Below are positions 36,978 through 46,836 of a DNA stretch of 64,000 nucleotides, one piece after another; position 1 is the first letter of the stretch; each line of letters starts with the position of its first letter. The notes under the pieces are model-generated. The model was not told where the DNA came from. It made no database searches and worked only from the letters and a program-made list of their open reading frames with translations. The translations under genes and the position numbers were made by a program. Source of the DNA: an uncultured delta proteobacterium (GTDB lineage Bacteria; Desulfobacterota; Syntrophia; Syntrophales; UBA2185); assembly GCA_963705275.1 (NCBI GenBank), contig OY970063.1, positions 476,438 to 540,437 on the forward strand. Reading direction: 5' to 3'.

Positions 36978-36984
36978 GTGCACC

Positions 36985-37443
36985 TTAAAGTTCAGTGACC
37001 ATCGCCACTTCATCGCAGTAGTCCGGATACTTCGAACATCGGAAGCAGTCCGACCAGATCTTCTCGGAGAGGGTCGACCGATCAACCTCTTTAAATCCGA
37101 GACGCTTAAAATAATCCGGCCTGTTTGTAAGCGTAAACATCCTGTAAAAACCCAGGGTAATGGCCTCGGAAATGCATCCCTCTACGAGTTTTTTCGCTAT
37201 TCCCTGCCCTCTATATTTTTCTTCCACATATAGAGAGCGGATCTCCGCCAGATTTTCCCATATTATATTCATTGCGCAGATGCCTGCTACGGCCTTCTCC
37301 TTTTCGTCAAAATAAATGAGGAAATCCCTGAGGCTGCCGTAGATATCCATAAGGGAGCGGGGGAGTATTTCCCCCTTCCCCGATGACAGATTGATCATCC
37401 TGTGGATCGTCTTTACATCACCGACGCGGGCCTTCCTCAGCAT
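36985..37443 (-). CDS. GNAT-family N-acetyltransferase (short ArgA-like)
   Basis: 152 aa. The acetyl-CoA motif is YVEEKYRGQGIAKKLVE. Confidence 0.75.
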   Translation of the reverse strand: MLRKARVGDVKTIHRMINLSSGKGEILPRSLMDIYGSLRDFLIYFDEKEKAVAGICAMNIIWENLAEIRSLYVEEKYRGQGIAKKLVEGCISEAITLGFYRMFTLTNRPDYFKRLGFKEVDRSTLSEKIWSDCFRCSKYPDYCDEVAMVTEL

Positions 37444-37454
37444 ATTTCATCCTT

Positions 37455-39137
37455 TCACCTGCGGCAGAGTTCCAGCATCTCCCGGGCATGTTCCCTGGTC
37501 TTCTTTGTGAGCTCTGTACCGCCGAGCATTCTCGCAATTTCGTCCAGCCTGTCCTTTTCGGAAAGGACATCAATGGAGGCGATTGTCCTTTCACCGGAGA
37601 CGGTTTTTACGACACGGTAATGCGTGTCGCCGAAGCAGGCAATCTGCGGAAGATGTGTTATGCACAGGATCTGATGATGCTTCGCTACATCCTTGAGCTT
37701 CTTGCCCAGACCCTCCGCCGTCGCCCCGCCAATGCCGCTGTCTACCTCATCAAAAATGATCGTTCCCACCGAACCGGTATTTGCCAGGACATTTTTTAAA
37801 GCGAGCATAATGCGCGACAGCTCCCCGCCGGAGGCAATACGGTTCAGCGGTTTTAAGGACTCTCCCACATTAGTGGCAAGAAAGAACTCAACTTCATCGA
37901 TCCCTCTGGGATTAAATAAGCCTGATCCCCGATTACCCTCCTGCGTCTTAAAGACGACCTCAAATACAGCATTCTCCATTTTCAGAGAATGTATCTCCCA
38001 TTCTATTGCCTTTTTCAGAACTGATGCAGTATCTCTCCGCCTCTTGGACAGGTCGCGTGCCTTCTCAAGCAGTTTCGGACTAAGCGCTTCAAGCTCTTTC
38101 GACATCTTCTCAATCTCATCGTCAACAGACTCGATCGCCTTCAATTCTTCCCCGATTTGCAGCCTCCTCTGTAATACCTCTTCCAAAGTGCGACCATACT
38201 TTCGTTTCAGCATGCCTAGAAGCTCCAGGCGATCATCAATAGTCTCAAGTCTCGCTGGATCATAAGAAAGGTTCTTCATGTAGTCCCTGAGCGCTAAGGC
38301 AACCTCTTCAAGCTGATAATATATGTTATCCAAATCCACATCAGACAGTCTCAACCCCGTATCAATCTTCTTGATCTCCCTTATGCTCGCGATTGCGCCA
38401 CGAAGTTCTCCGAGGACGGAACCAGCTCTTCCGTAAAGTATGTCATGGGCGGCGGCGGCGTATTCCATCAATCTCTGCACATTGTTTAGAACCTTCTTTT
38501 CCTCGAGGAGGGCAGCATCTTCTCCAGGGCGTATCCCCGCGTCGTCAATCTCCTTGAATTGAAACCGGAGAAGATCTTCCCGCTCGCCTCTGGTCTTTTT
38601 GACAGACAAATGCTCCCCGATTTTTTCCTTTAAAGAAAGATATTGCCCATACATATCCGCATATTCGAGCCTGATCGGAAGAAGATCGCCGAATTCATCC
38701 AGAATATAGATGTGGTTATCTGCATTCAGAATTACCTGATGCTCGTGCTGGCCGCAGATGTTGATTAGAGCTTCACTGATGGCTGAAAGCATGCCTAAGG
38801 TGGCCAACTGCCCGTCGATATACACGCGATTCTTTCCTGTACGCGAAACGATCCTCTTGAGGATCAGTTCCTTCCCCACATGGAAGCCCATTTGTCGTAT
38901 TCTCTTCTTCAGCTCATCTTTTTCACCAATGTCGAAGAGAGCCTCAACCGTCGCCGATTCTTCGAAGGATCTGATCATATCGGCTGATGCCCGCTCCCCG
39001 AGAAGGAGGCTTACTGCCCCGATGATAATAGATTTCCCGGCCCCTGTCTCCCCGGTAATCACATTGAGACCGTCGGTAAAAGAGACCTTCATCTCATCAA
39101 TAATGGCAAAATTTCTGATGCTAAGTTCTGTTAACAT
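37455..39137 (-). CDS. recN: DNA repair protein RecN
   Basis: MLTELSIRNFAIIDE...ITGETGAGKSIIIGA (Walker A). A long coiled coil is followed by the C-terminal ...ASGGELSRIMLALK...IIFDEVDSGIGG. Confidence 0.95.
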   Translation of the reverse strand: MLTELSIRNFAIIDEMKVSFTDGLNVITGETGAGKSIIIGAVSLLLGERASADMIRSFEESATVEALFDIGEKDELKKRIRQMGFHVGKELILKRIVSRTGKNRVYIDGQLATLGMLSAISEALINICGQHEHQVILNADNHIYILDEFGDLLPIRLEYADMYGQYLSLKEKIGEHLSVKKTRGEREDLLRFQFKEIDDAGIRPGEDAALLEEKKVLNNVQRLMEYAAAAHDILYGRAGSVLGELRGAIASIREIKKIDTGLRLSDVDLDNIYYQLEEVALALRDYMKNLSYDPARLETIDDRLELLGMLKRKYGRTLEEVLQRRLQIGEELKAIESVDDEIEKMSKELEALSPKLLEKARDLSKRRRDTASVLKKAIEWEIHSLKMENAVFEVVFKTQEGNRGSGLFNPRGIDEVEFFLATNVGESLKPLNRIASGGELSRIMLALKNVLANTGSVGTIIFDEVDSGIGGATAEGLGKKLKDVAKHHQILCITHLPQIACFGDTHYRVVKTVSGERTIASIDVLSEKDRLDEIARMLGGTELTKKTREHAREMLELCRR

Positions 39138-39138
39138 A

Positions 39139-40020
39139 TTACAGATTATTTGTTCCCGTGGGCGATCCGCCCCATCCCAGCTTCGTTCGCAGGATCTCCA
39201 TATAGTCCCTGTGAGGTGACGACACGAGATTAGTCACATACGGGGACTTCTTAATAAGTACGCTATCGCCCGACTGCATGGTATGCGAAACCTGTCCATC
39301 GAGGGTCACAGTCGCACCCTCACCCTTCGTCCACATGATTACCTTTATCTCAACGTCATTGGGAATAATGATCGGACGATTCGTTAGTGTAAAGGGACAT
39401 ATCGGATTTATGATGAAGGAATCCTGCTCAGGAAAGACTATGGGGCCTCCAGCAGAGAGGGAATATGCGGTGGAGCCTGTAGGCGTGGAGATGATTATAC
39501 CATCGGCCCTAAAGGTGGTTAGATACCTGTTATTTACCGTCGTTTCCAGATTTAGGATGCGTGAAAGATTCCCGCGCGTAATCACCACGTCATTTAAGAT
39601 GCTCTGCTCCCTGATCGTTTCCCCACCAAGATACAGCGCAATATCCAGCATCATCCTCTTTTCAGTCTGGTAATCACCTTTGACAATCAATTCCAGAGCG
39701 TTCGTCATCTCGCTCAGATTGACCTCAGTCAGATATCCGAACTCTCCGAGATTAATGCCGACGATCGGTATGTCATACTCACTGACAAAACGTACAGTCC
39801 TGAGGATCGTTCCGTCACCGCCCAAAACAACCAAAAGATCGACCTGCGATGCCAGCTTTCTCCTATCCAGACCCTCACCCGCGCCTATCTTCCGCGCAAT
39901 TCCCTCTTCTAAATAGACCTCGATCCGCTTCTCGATGGCCCAGTCTCTGAGCCGAACAGCACACTCACTCGATTGCCCTTTTTCGATGTTTGCAATGATA
40001 CCGATCTTTTTAATGCTCAT
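39139..40020 (-). CDS. nadK: NAD+ kinase
   Basis: The GGDGT motif (VLGGDGTIL) and ...STPTGSTAYSLSAGGPI are present. I chose the ATG at 40020 (MSIKKIGIIAN). The stop abuts the recN start. Confidence 0.9.
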   Translation of the reverse strand: MSIKKIGIIANIEKGQSSECAVRLRDWAIEKRIEVYLEEGIARKIGAGEGLDRRKLASQVDLLVVLGGDGTILRTVRFVSEYDIPIVGINLGEFGYLTEVNLSEMTNALELIVKGDYQTEKRMMLDIALYLGGETIREQSILNDVVITRGNLSRILNLETTVNNRYLTTFRADGIIISTPTGSTAYSLSAGGPIVFPEQDSFIINPICPFTLTNRPIIIPNDVEIKVIMWTKGEGATVTLDGQVSHTMQSGDSVLIKKSPYVTNLVSSPHRDYMEILRTKLGWGGSPTGTNNL

Positions 40021-40620
40021 GGAAATCCCTTGGTTACAATTCTTGGATTTTTCTAGCACAAAAAAATTTGGTTGTCTATGTGCAGATTCCAAAGTGGTGC
40101 TGTTCGGGAGATCTTGTGCATCTGCGTGGCTCGGGCAGAGCAACACTGCACCTCTCCGTATAAGTGGGAAATGCCCTCTCTTGGTTGAGAGAGGATGACA
40201 GGATTTAATTTACATATTTTGACTCCTGTTGAACAAAAACTTTTCTATGCCTATATCGTGGGGAAAAATGCGTGAGATTAACTATTTCAACTAAGCTATT
40301 GATTATACTAGCTATTAATTAATACTGCAAATTTTGCTCTTAGTTAAGAATCGATGTTTTTCAGATACTTACTGAAATAATTAACAGCTGTATCAACAAG
40401 TCTATCCACATCCGAGATCACATCTTCATCTATAGAAAACTAATAGCCGGAGGGATTAGAACATGCATGATGCGCTGTATGGAAGGGCAGCGGAAATCCG
40501 GGAATCTTGACCCCTAAAGCTCATCATTTTGATTTACGGGTAGGATCAATCAATCTCAAAGACTCAATGTTCCGTTAAACAGAAGGTTGGTCAGGTCTAT
40601 GGCCTCCTCAAGTCTCCCAA

Positions 40621-40986
40621 TTATCTCTGCTTATCGGATGACCCGTCATTCTCAGGACTTTTTTCCACAGCCGGAGATTGCAGTTCCCTGCTCGGGGCTT
40701 TGGCCCGCATCCGCTCCCCGCTGAACCCCCCTATGGGTCTCGTAAAGGTATAATTGAAGGGTTCTGCGACAAGCGTCTGTGCCGTAGCACCGACGCTCTG
40801 GCTTGGGATCGAAAAAGGCAATGACACGATAAAGACTGCGGTGCCAACCACCGTTGCCACGAGACTCACCGGTCTAACGAGCAGAATATCCACAGTGGTC
40901 TCAAAGGCCCGGTCATTCGCGAAAGCGGGCACCGAGGCCATGATAATACAGATAGCAATAAGTATCGTTACTGTTAGTTTCTTCAT
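40621..40986 (-). CDS. hypothetical small exported/membrane protein
   Basis: GGAGGTAC precedes ATG 40986. It has a signal-like N-terminus MKKLTVTILIAICIIMASVPAFA and a second hydrophobic stretch. No family recognised. Confidence 0.5.
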   Translation of the reverse strand: MKKLTVTILIAICIIMASVPAFANDRAFETTVDILLVRPVSLVATVVGTAVFIVSLPFSIPSQSVGATAQTLVAEPFNYTFTRPIGGFSGERMRAKAPSRELQSPAVEKSPENDGSSDKQR

Positions 40987-41436
40987 GGAAGTACCTCCAT
41001 AATCTCCTAAAGTGCTCGTGATCCCCATTTATGAAACTTTCCGGAATTGTTATTAGCCAAAAAGCATGCCGTTCTTATTGCGATTGGGGTCTCTACTTAT
41101 TTTGTATAAATTCTATCAGAGCTATCGATAAAATGCAATGCCGATTACCCTGCTTCACGCCGTCGAAATTTCTTAACTTTACATAAGAAAAAGACTAAAG
41201 GGAAATATTAGACGTATTCCTTCGAGAACATTTCGTTATCCGCCAAAGGACTGGAATGATTTTTTTGTATTGCAGTTTATATCACTGCCACTTATATTGT
41301 TTTTGCCATGTATCGTCAGAGGTGGGAAATTAGGTCGAGTCCGGCTCAATTTATTGAGTCCCTCCTGGGCTGCTAATTTAAGCGCTTTTTCAATTTAAAA
41401 TGTGAGACACTATTCCTGAATCGGTATGTTTCATAG

Positions 41437-41784
41437 ATGGAACTTATAGGCATAAAATACTGCGGTGGCTGCAACCCTCTTATCGATCGCCAGGGGTTGG
41501 TTCGAGAGATAGAAAAATTGCTCCGCCCCGGTTCACCGCTCGTGATGGAAATAACGACTTCTCTATGTGAAATAGGGATACTGGTATGCGGATGCCCGAT
41601 CGCCTGTGCCGACAGGCCCGATGTCCGGGGAATTTTTAAGCATCGGATTCGCGTGGGTGGACCAACAGTAGATCTGGACTCTGTCGAGGAGGATAAGATG
41701 GCATCTGTCATCGTCGAAAAGATCAAGCCTGTTGCAGTCGAAGAGATAGGGCGAGGATGTGGCCGTTCCATATATTTTACATGA
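41437..41784 (+). CDS. CGGC-domain-like cysteine-rich protein
   Basis: 115 aa. IKYCGGCNP is followed by a further Cys cluster (CGCPIAC). This resembles the Pfam CGGC domain, recalled from memory only. Confidence 0.5.
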   Translation: MELIGIKYCGGCNPLIDRQGLVREIEKLLRPGSPLVMEITTSLCEIGILVCGCPIACADRPDVRGIFKHRIRVGGPTVDLDSVEEDKMASVIVEKIKPVAVEEIGRGCGRSIYFT

Positions 41785-41820
41785 AATAATTAGCTGCCTC
41801 TTCCTGAAGGCATATATGAA

Positions 41821-42714
41821 ATGACGTCGTCATTTAATTCTGTAGATAATCGAACCGAAAAGTCGGCAAGCCGGCCTATGGATAAGGCTCTCGTTGTCGA
41901 GGGAGGCGCGCTGCGAGGGGTCTTCTCAACGGGGATCCTGGATGTCTTTCTTGAGGCGCGATTCAATCCTTTTGATTTCTATGTCGGCGTTTCCTCGGGT
42001 GCGTCAAATATTGCAGCTTATCTCGCCGAAATGATCGGTCGCAACAAGAGAATATATACCGACTATTCGCTGCGGCCTGAGTTCATCGATATAATCAGGT
42101 TCATCCGTGGCGGTCATCTTATGGATCTCGACTGGCTCTGGAACACCACCATACGGGAAATGCGGCTCGACCTGCAGAGGATCTATGCAAAACGGAAACC
42201 TTTCATAGTGGTCCTTACAGATGTGCAAACTGGTAAGGCCCTATATAAGCGGACCAGCGCTCACGACCTCGAGCATGTTCTTAAAGCTTCCAGCGCCATG
42301 CCTCTTTTCTACCGGTCTTCCCCAAATATCGATGAACGTCCGATGACGGATGGTGGGGTGGCGGATGCCCTCCCTGTAAGCAAGGCCATACGTTTGGGGG
42401 CTCGCCGGATCATGGTAATTCGTTCCCGCAATCGAGAATATGTGAAACGCCGCGACCCGTTTGATTGCCTCATACGCTGGCGCATGCGGCGTTACCCCTC
42501 ACTTCAACAGGCTATGTTTGAGCGCGTTTCGCGTTACAATGAATCGGTGAAGCTGATTCATAAACCGCCGGAAGGCGTAACCATCATTGAAATCTGTCCG
42601 CCGGAAAAATTCCGCGTATCGCGGCTCAGCCAAAATCGTCCCATTCTGGAGGAAGGCTATAATCAGGGCCGTGCCCTGGCATCACATGCAATCGCACGCT
42701 GGGAAGGCAGATGA
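41821..42714 (+). CDS. patatin-like phospholipase
   Basis: The oxyanion motif GGALRG, the nucleophile elbow GVSSG (GxSxG) and the catalytic DGG (TDGGVAD) are present. Confidence 0.85.
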   Translation: MTSSFNSVDNRTEKSASRPMDKALVVEGGALRGVFSTGILDVFLEARFNPFDFYVGVSSGASNIAAYLAEMIGRNKRIYTDYSLRPEFIDIIRFIRGGHLMDLDWLWNTTIREMRLDLQRIYAKRKPFIVVLTDVQTGKALYKRTSAHDLEHVLKASSAMPLFYRSSPNIDERPMTDGGVADALPVSKAIRLGARRIMVIRSRNREYVKRRDPFDCLIRWRMRRYPSLQQAMFERVSRYNESVKLIHKPPEGVTIIEICPPEKFRVSRLSQNRPILEEGYNQGRALASHAIARWEGR

Positions 42715-42851
42715 ACATTAGTCTCTCTCCAAATATTATCGTCGTTATGACCGGTCAGAATTTGCCGCATTATTGATTCGCATCAGCACGGGGATGGCCT
42801 CAGGGAACTGAAGTCCTTTTTCAAGGGAGCGCTACTCGCGATGGAGCCCAC

Positions 42852-43235
42852 ATGTTTTACAGGATAGCAGCCGACATGGTGATCTTCATCCATTTCCTGT
42901 GGATAGCCTTTGTCATATTGGGCTTTCCGGTATTACTCTACCTGAATTTTTCCAGATGGAGGGTATTTCATTTACTCGCTTTGATCGCCATGATCGTCAT
43001 GCAATTGACTGAGACTATCTGTCCCCTGACCTACCTTGAAACTTATCTCAAATCTAAAGGTGCATCGAGTCGCGTATACCCCGGCCAGTTCACCATAGAT
43101 ACAATTGAAAAACTGATCTATGTTGAGGATTTGACCCTTGAAAAAATTACACACGCGACAATCATATTTCTTGCTTTGGTCTTGCTCTCATTTTGGTTGA
43201 AGCCTGTCACCTTCAAGAGGCAAACAAGGGGTTAG
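42852..43235 (+). CDS. DUF2784-like small membrane protein
   Basis: 127 aa with 3-4 TM segments. IFIHFLWIAFVILG and the ...CPLTYLE... motif are present. Confidence 0.55.
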   Translation: MFYRIAADMVIFIHFLWIAFVILGFPVLLYLNFSRWRVFHLLALIAMIVMQLTETICPLTYLETYLKSKGASSRVYPGQFTIDTIEKLIYVEDLTLEKITHATIIFLALVLLSFWLKPVTFKRQTRG

Positions 43236-43389
43236 ACATTGAATTATCGCCCTATTTCTGATATGGGCGTGCATGTTATACTAATTCAATTGCATTTTCC
43301 TGCTTTCCTCCTTTCGCCGGGATAGGATTGAGACGAACAGGCATAAATATTTGGGACAGGCTTAGATCTGTGCCGCCATTTATCGCGTT

Positions 43390-44721
43390 ATGAATGAAGA
43401 ACCGACACTCAGAGTGGGCATCCTGCAGGGCTACAGTGAAGTACTAGGAAGGCTAAACGGCCCATTTCTTATCAATGATGCCCTCAGTCTAAGCGGGACG
43501 TTCAGGGCCTATGAACGAGAAGGCCGCATCCTCCTTGCCGATGCTGCGGGACATGAGATAATCCATGAGAAAGAAGTTCGGTGCACCCCCGTCGATGATT
43601 CAACCTTCACCCTCCTCGATGTGATGATCGGTGTGAATTTCCACTGGCAGAGAAAACAGGAACAAACTTTCCGCGGAGAACTGAGGCTCATCCTAGACGA
43701 AAGCGACAAGCTCGTTGCCGTCAATAGAATTCCTTTGGAAGATTATTTATCAAGTGTCGTTTCCTCAGAAATGAATGCTGAAGCGGGGTTGGAATTCCTC
43801 AAGGCCCATGCAATTGCGTCACGTAGCTGGCTTGTGTCCATGCTCGGAATGGCAGGCAAGGCAGTGCACGGAGGAAATGCATCGGCCGGTCCAGACCGGC
43901 AAACTAAAGAGCACATCAGGTATTACCAGAGGGTTGACCACACGCTTTTTGACGTCTGTGCGGACGATCATTGCCAGCGGTATCAGGGCATCAGCCGGCC
44001 AATGTCTGATAACGCCCGGCAGGCAGTTGAGAGAACACGCGGCCTGTTTCTCGTCTACAACAATGAGATCTGCGATGCCCGTTATCATAAAGCCTGCGGC
44101 GGTCTGACGGACAATTTCGCAAATACTTGGGATGGTGTCACCGTCCCATATCTCACGTCCGTCCCGGACTCTGCTGTCCCGTATGATCCGATCCGCACGG
44201 AGGCCGAAGCCAGGAAATGGATTCTGGGAGATCCGGGGGCATATTGCAATACTGAAGACCCCAATGTCCTGCGCAGGATTCTCCCCTCCTTCGATCATGA
44301 AACGGCGGATTTTTTCCGCTGGAAGGTGGCGTATACACGCACAGAACTGGAGGATATCGTCCGGGAAAAATCGGGGGTGGATTTCGGCAATCTCCTCTCT
44401 CTCACTCCGGTTGAACGCGGCCCCTCCGGCCGCATAGTGAGGCTGCAAATCGCAGGATCGAAAAGAACTCTGACCATAGGCAAGGAGCTCGAGATCCGTC
44501 GCTGGCTCTCACGCAGTCATCTTTACAGCAGCGCATTTGTCGTTTGTGCGGAGAATGATAAGTCCGGCCTTCCAGTCCGCTTTATCCTGCATGGCGCCGG
44601 ATGGGGACACGGCGTAGGCTTATGCCAGATAGGGGCAGCCGTAATGGCCATAAAAGGCTTTACGTCAGAATCTATTTTGAAACACTACTATAGTGGTGCG
44701 GAGCTTCAGAAGCTTTACTGA
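43390..44721 (+). CDS. SpoIID/LytB-domain protein lacking any N-terminal signal or anchor
   Basis: ...EDYLSSVVSSEMNAEAGLEFLKAHAIASRSW... and ...GHGVGLCQIGA... are SpoIID/LytB hallmarks. The N-terminus MNEEPTLRVGILQG is hydrophilic. Confidence 0.8.
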   Translation: MNEEPTLRVGILQGYSEVLGRLNGPFLINDALSLSGTFRAYEREGRILLADAAGHEIIHEKEVRCTPVDDSTFTLLDVMIGVNFHWQRKQEQTFRGELRLILDESDKLVAVNRIPLEDYLSSVVSSEMNAEAGLEFLKAHAIASRSWLVSMLGMAGKAVHGGNASAGPDRQTKEHIRYYQRVDHTLFDVCADDHCQRYQGISRPMSDNARQAVERTRGLFLVYNNEICDARYHKACGGLTDNFANTWDGVTVPYLTSVPDSAVPYDPIRTEAEARKWILGDPGAYCNTEDPNVLRRILPSFDHETADFFRWKVAYTRTELEDIVREKSGVDFGNLLSLTPVERGPSGRIVRLQIAGSKRTLTIGKELEIRRWLSRSHLYSSAFVVCAENDKSGLPVRFILHGAGWGHGVGLCQIGAAVMAIKGFTSESILKHYYSGAELQKLY

Positions 44722-44730
44722 AGAAAGGCT

Positions 44731-45453
44731 ATGCGAAAATCACCTATCAGAACTTCTTTCATTCTCGGCGCCGGGCTGGGAACGCGCCTGCGCCCTCTGA
44801 CCGATAACTGCCCGAAACCGCTCCTGCCCGCAGGCGGACGCCCGATGATCACTCATGCAATGGATCATCTTATATCTGCGGGTATAGAACGCTTCATCGT
44901 CAATACCCATTATTTTGCAGAGGCATACCATAAGGCATTCCCGGATCGGCAATGGCGGGGGATTCCAATAATCTTCCGGTATGAACCTGTGCTTCTGGAT
45001 ACAGCGGGGGGCATAAAGAACATAGAAGATCTCCTTGACGGCGACGAAAGGATCCTCGTTTACAATGGCGACACCTTTACGGACCTGCCGCTTACTCATC
45101 TCATCAATGCACACTACGCGATGCGGAAGGAAGTCACCCTGGCTCTGAGAAGCAGTGGTTCTCCTTTGAACGTCAATCTGAACGCACGGGGCGATATATG
45201 TGACCTGCGGCATACACTGGGCGACCGCGGTGTTAAGAGCTGTTTATTTACGGGCATCTATATCGTGGAAAAAGCCTTTCTCCGACGCCTCACAGAGGGC
45301 CGCAAAGAATCGATTGTCCCTGTCCTTGTCGCCATGATCAGGGAAGAACCTGGATCGGTGGCGGGGATAATAATCGATGAAGGTCGCTGGTATGATATCG
45401 GATCTGTGGCGGAATATGAGAGGATAAATTCATTGCTCGCAGGATCGAGGTAA
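44731..45453 (+). CDS. murU: sugar-1-phosphate nucleotidyltransferase, MurU-like
   Basis: ILGAGLGTRLRPLTDNCPKPLL is a nucleotidyltransferase signature. The length is 240 aa and it is adjacent to an AmgK-like kinase. Confidence 0.65.
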   Translation: MRKSPIRTSFILGAGLGTRLRPLTDNCPKPLLPAGGRPMITHAMDHLISAGIERFIVNTHYFAEAYHKAFPDRQWRGIPIIFRYEPVLLDTAGGIKNIEDLLDGDERILVYNGDTFTDLPLTHLINAHYAMRKEVTLALRSSGSPLNVNLNARGDICDLRHTLGDRGVKSCLFTGIYIVEKAFLRRLTEGRKESIVPVLVAMIREEPGSVAGIIIDEGRWYDIGSVAEYERINSLLAGSR

Positions 45454-45593
45454 GAGCGGCCCTTCATTACAAGACCCTTTTGCAGGCCGAGGACTTAACT
45501 TTATACCCGCTGAGATTTCCTTTCGTCAAGCGGGTGTCAGCAACGGAGACCAATTTGGAGGAATGATATCGTAAGGTATCTTAGAAAAGGCCG

Positions 45594-46682
45594 ATGCATC
45601 AAGATGATAAAATGCTCCACTTCGTACGCAAGGCACTGCGGCTTGGGAGATCAGATACCCTGACCATCATGCCTATGGCCAAACGTGGATCAAGCCGGGC
45701 CTTTCAACGAATCAAATATGAAGATCATGGCTCCGTCATTCTTATGTGCTATGACCACGTGCGCAGAGAGAACAACTACTACGCTGCCATTGCCGACTTC
45801 CTCCTGCAGATCCATATCCCCGTCCCGCGCATTCTGGCGCACGACCATCTGATGGGCTTCATCGTCATGGAGGACCTGGGAGATAGAGACCTGTGGTCCT
45901 ATAAGGATGATCCGTGGACAAGAAGGAGTGCATATTACCGCGCGACCCTCTCCATTGCACAGAGACTCCATACCTTTCCCGTCGAAGATTTCCCTTTTGA
46001 TAAAGTCCCTCTGATGGAAGGATTCAGCCTCGACCTTTACCGATGGGAGCGAAATTACTTCATGGACAATTTTGTTCACGCCGTCTGTGGCATCAAACTC
46101 AATCCACGGGAAACAAGAGATTTAGAGGACGAATTGAACGGCTTGTCGGGGCGGCTTGAGGATGCAAAACCCAGCCTTGTGCATAGAGATCTTCAATCGC
46201 AGAATGTGATGATATGCAAGGACCAGCCGGTATTCATAGACTTTCAAGGCATGCGGGTCGGCAATTTTTTTTATGACCTGGGGTCACTGCTCTATGATCC
46301 CTATGTCTCCCTGACGGAGGATGAACGGATGGAGCTGCTCTTTCATTACTACAAACTTCCGGCTTGCGACGGCACAGACACTTTACAAAATGATATATCT
46401 TCGGGCGATAAAGTCGCCAAAGTTAAGCAGGTGAATGCTGATATGCGACAAACGGACTGGACGGTATTTCAGGATAGATTTAGGGACGCGTCGGCACAGC
46501 GCCTCATGCAGGCGCTCGGCGCTTATGGTTTCCTGGGACTGAAGAGTGGTCTTTCAGAATTTCTCACACATATCCCCAAAGGCATTACAAATCTTGCTGA
46601 CAGCGCTGCGCGCGCAAAACAGCTGCCATTGCTTAACGATCTGGCGCTGAAATGTCAGCAGTCTCTCGGACGCAAATCATGA
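45594..46682 (+). CDS. amgK: anomeric sugar kinase of the APH/choline-kinase fold, AmgK-like
   Basis: The Brenner/catalytic motif LVHRDLQSQNVMI and the FIDFQGMRVGNFFYDLGSLLYD motif are present. It is paired with a MurU-like gene. Confidence 0.65.
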   Translation: MHQDDKMLHFVRKALRLGRSDTLTIMPMAKRGSSRAFQRIKYEDHGSVILMCYDHVRRENNYYAAIADFLLQIHIPVPRILAHDHLMGFIVMEDLGDRDLWSYKDDPWTRRSAYYRATLSIAQRLHTFPVEDFPFDKVPLMEGFSLDLYRWERNYFMDNFVHAVCGIKLNPRETRDLEDELNGLSGRLEDAKPSLVHRDLQSQNVMICKDQPVFIDFQGMRVGNFFYDLGSLLYDPYVSLTEDERMELLFHYYKLPACDGTDTLQNDISSGDKVAKVKQVNADMRQTDWTVFQDRFRDASAQRLMQALGAYGFLGLKSGLSEFLTHIPKGITNLADSAARAKQLPLLNDLALKCQQSLGRKS

Positions 46683-46836
46683 GAATGCCATGGACAATCT
46701 TCCCGCGCAGACAGGCGTCCTGATACGGATTGTCTGCTCGCGGGACCGTTTTGAATTCTTTGCCGTTGACATCTAATTGCAATCGTTCTATAAAAAAAGA
46801 GAGAGAACCTCTCGGCAGCACAGGGTAAATCACTAT

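Noticed and set aside
41056-41071. Minus-strand CGGCATGCTTTTTGGC, 70 nt upstream of the small exported-protein gene. It has correct -24/-12 spacing.
   Set aside because: The near-invariant -12 GC reads GG, and the -24 T is a C. It is too weak to call without experimental support. I mention it in the findings only as context.
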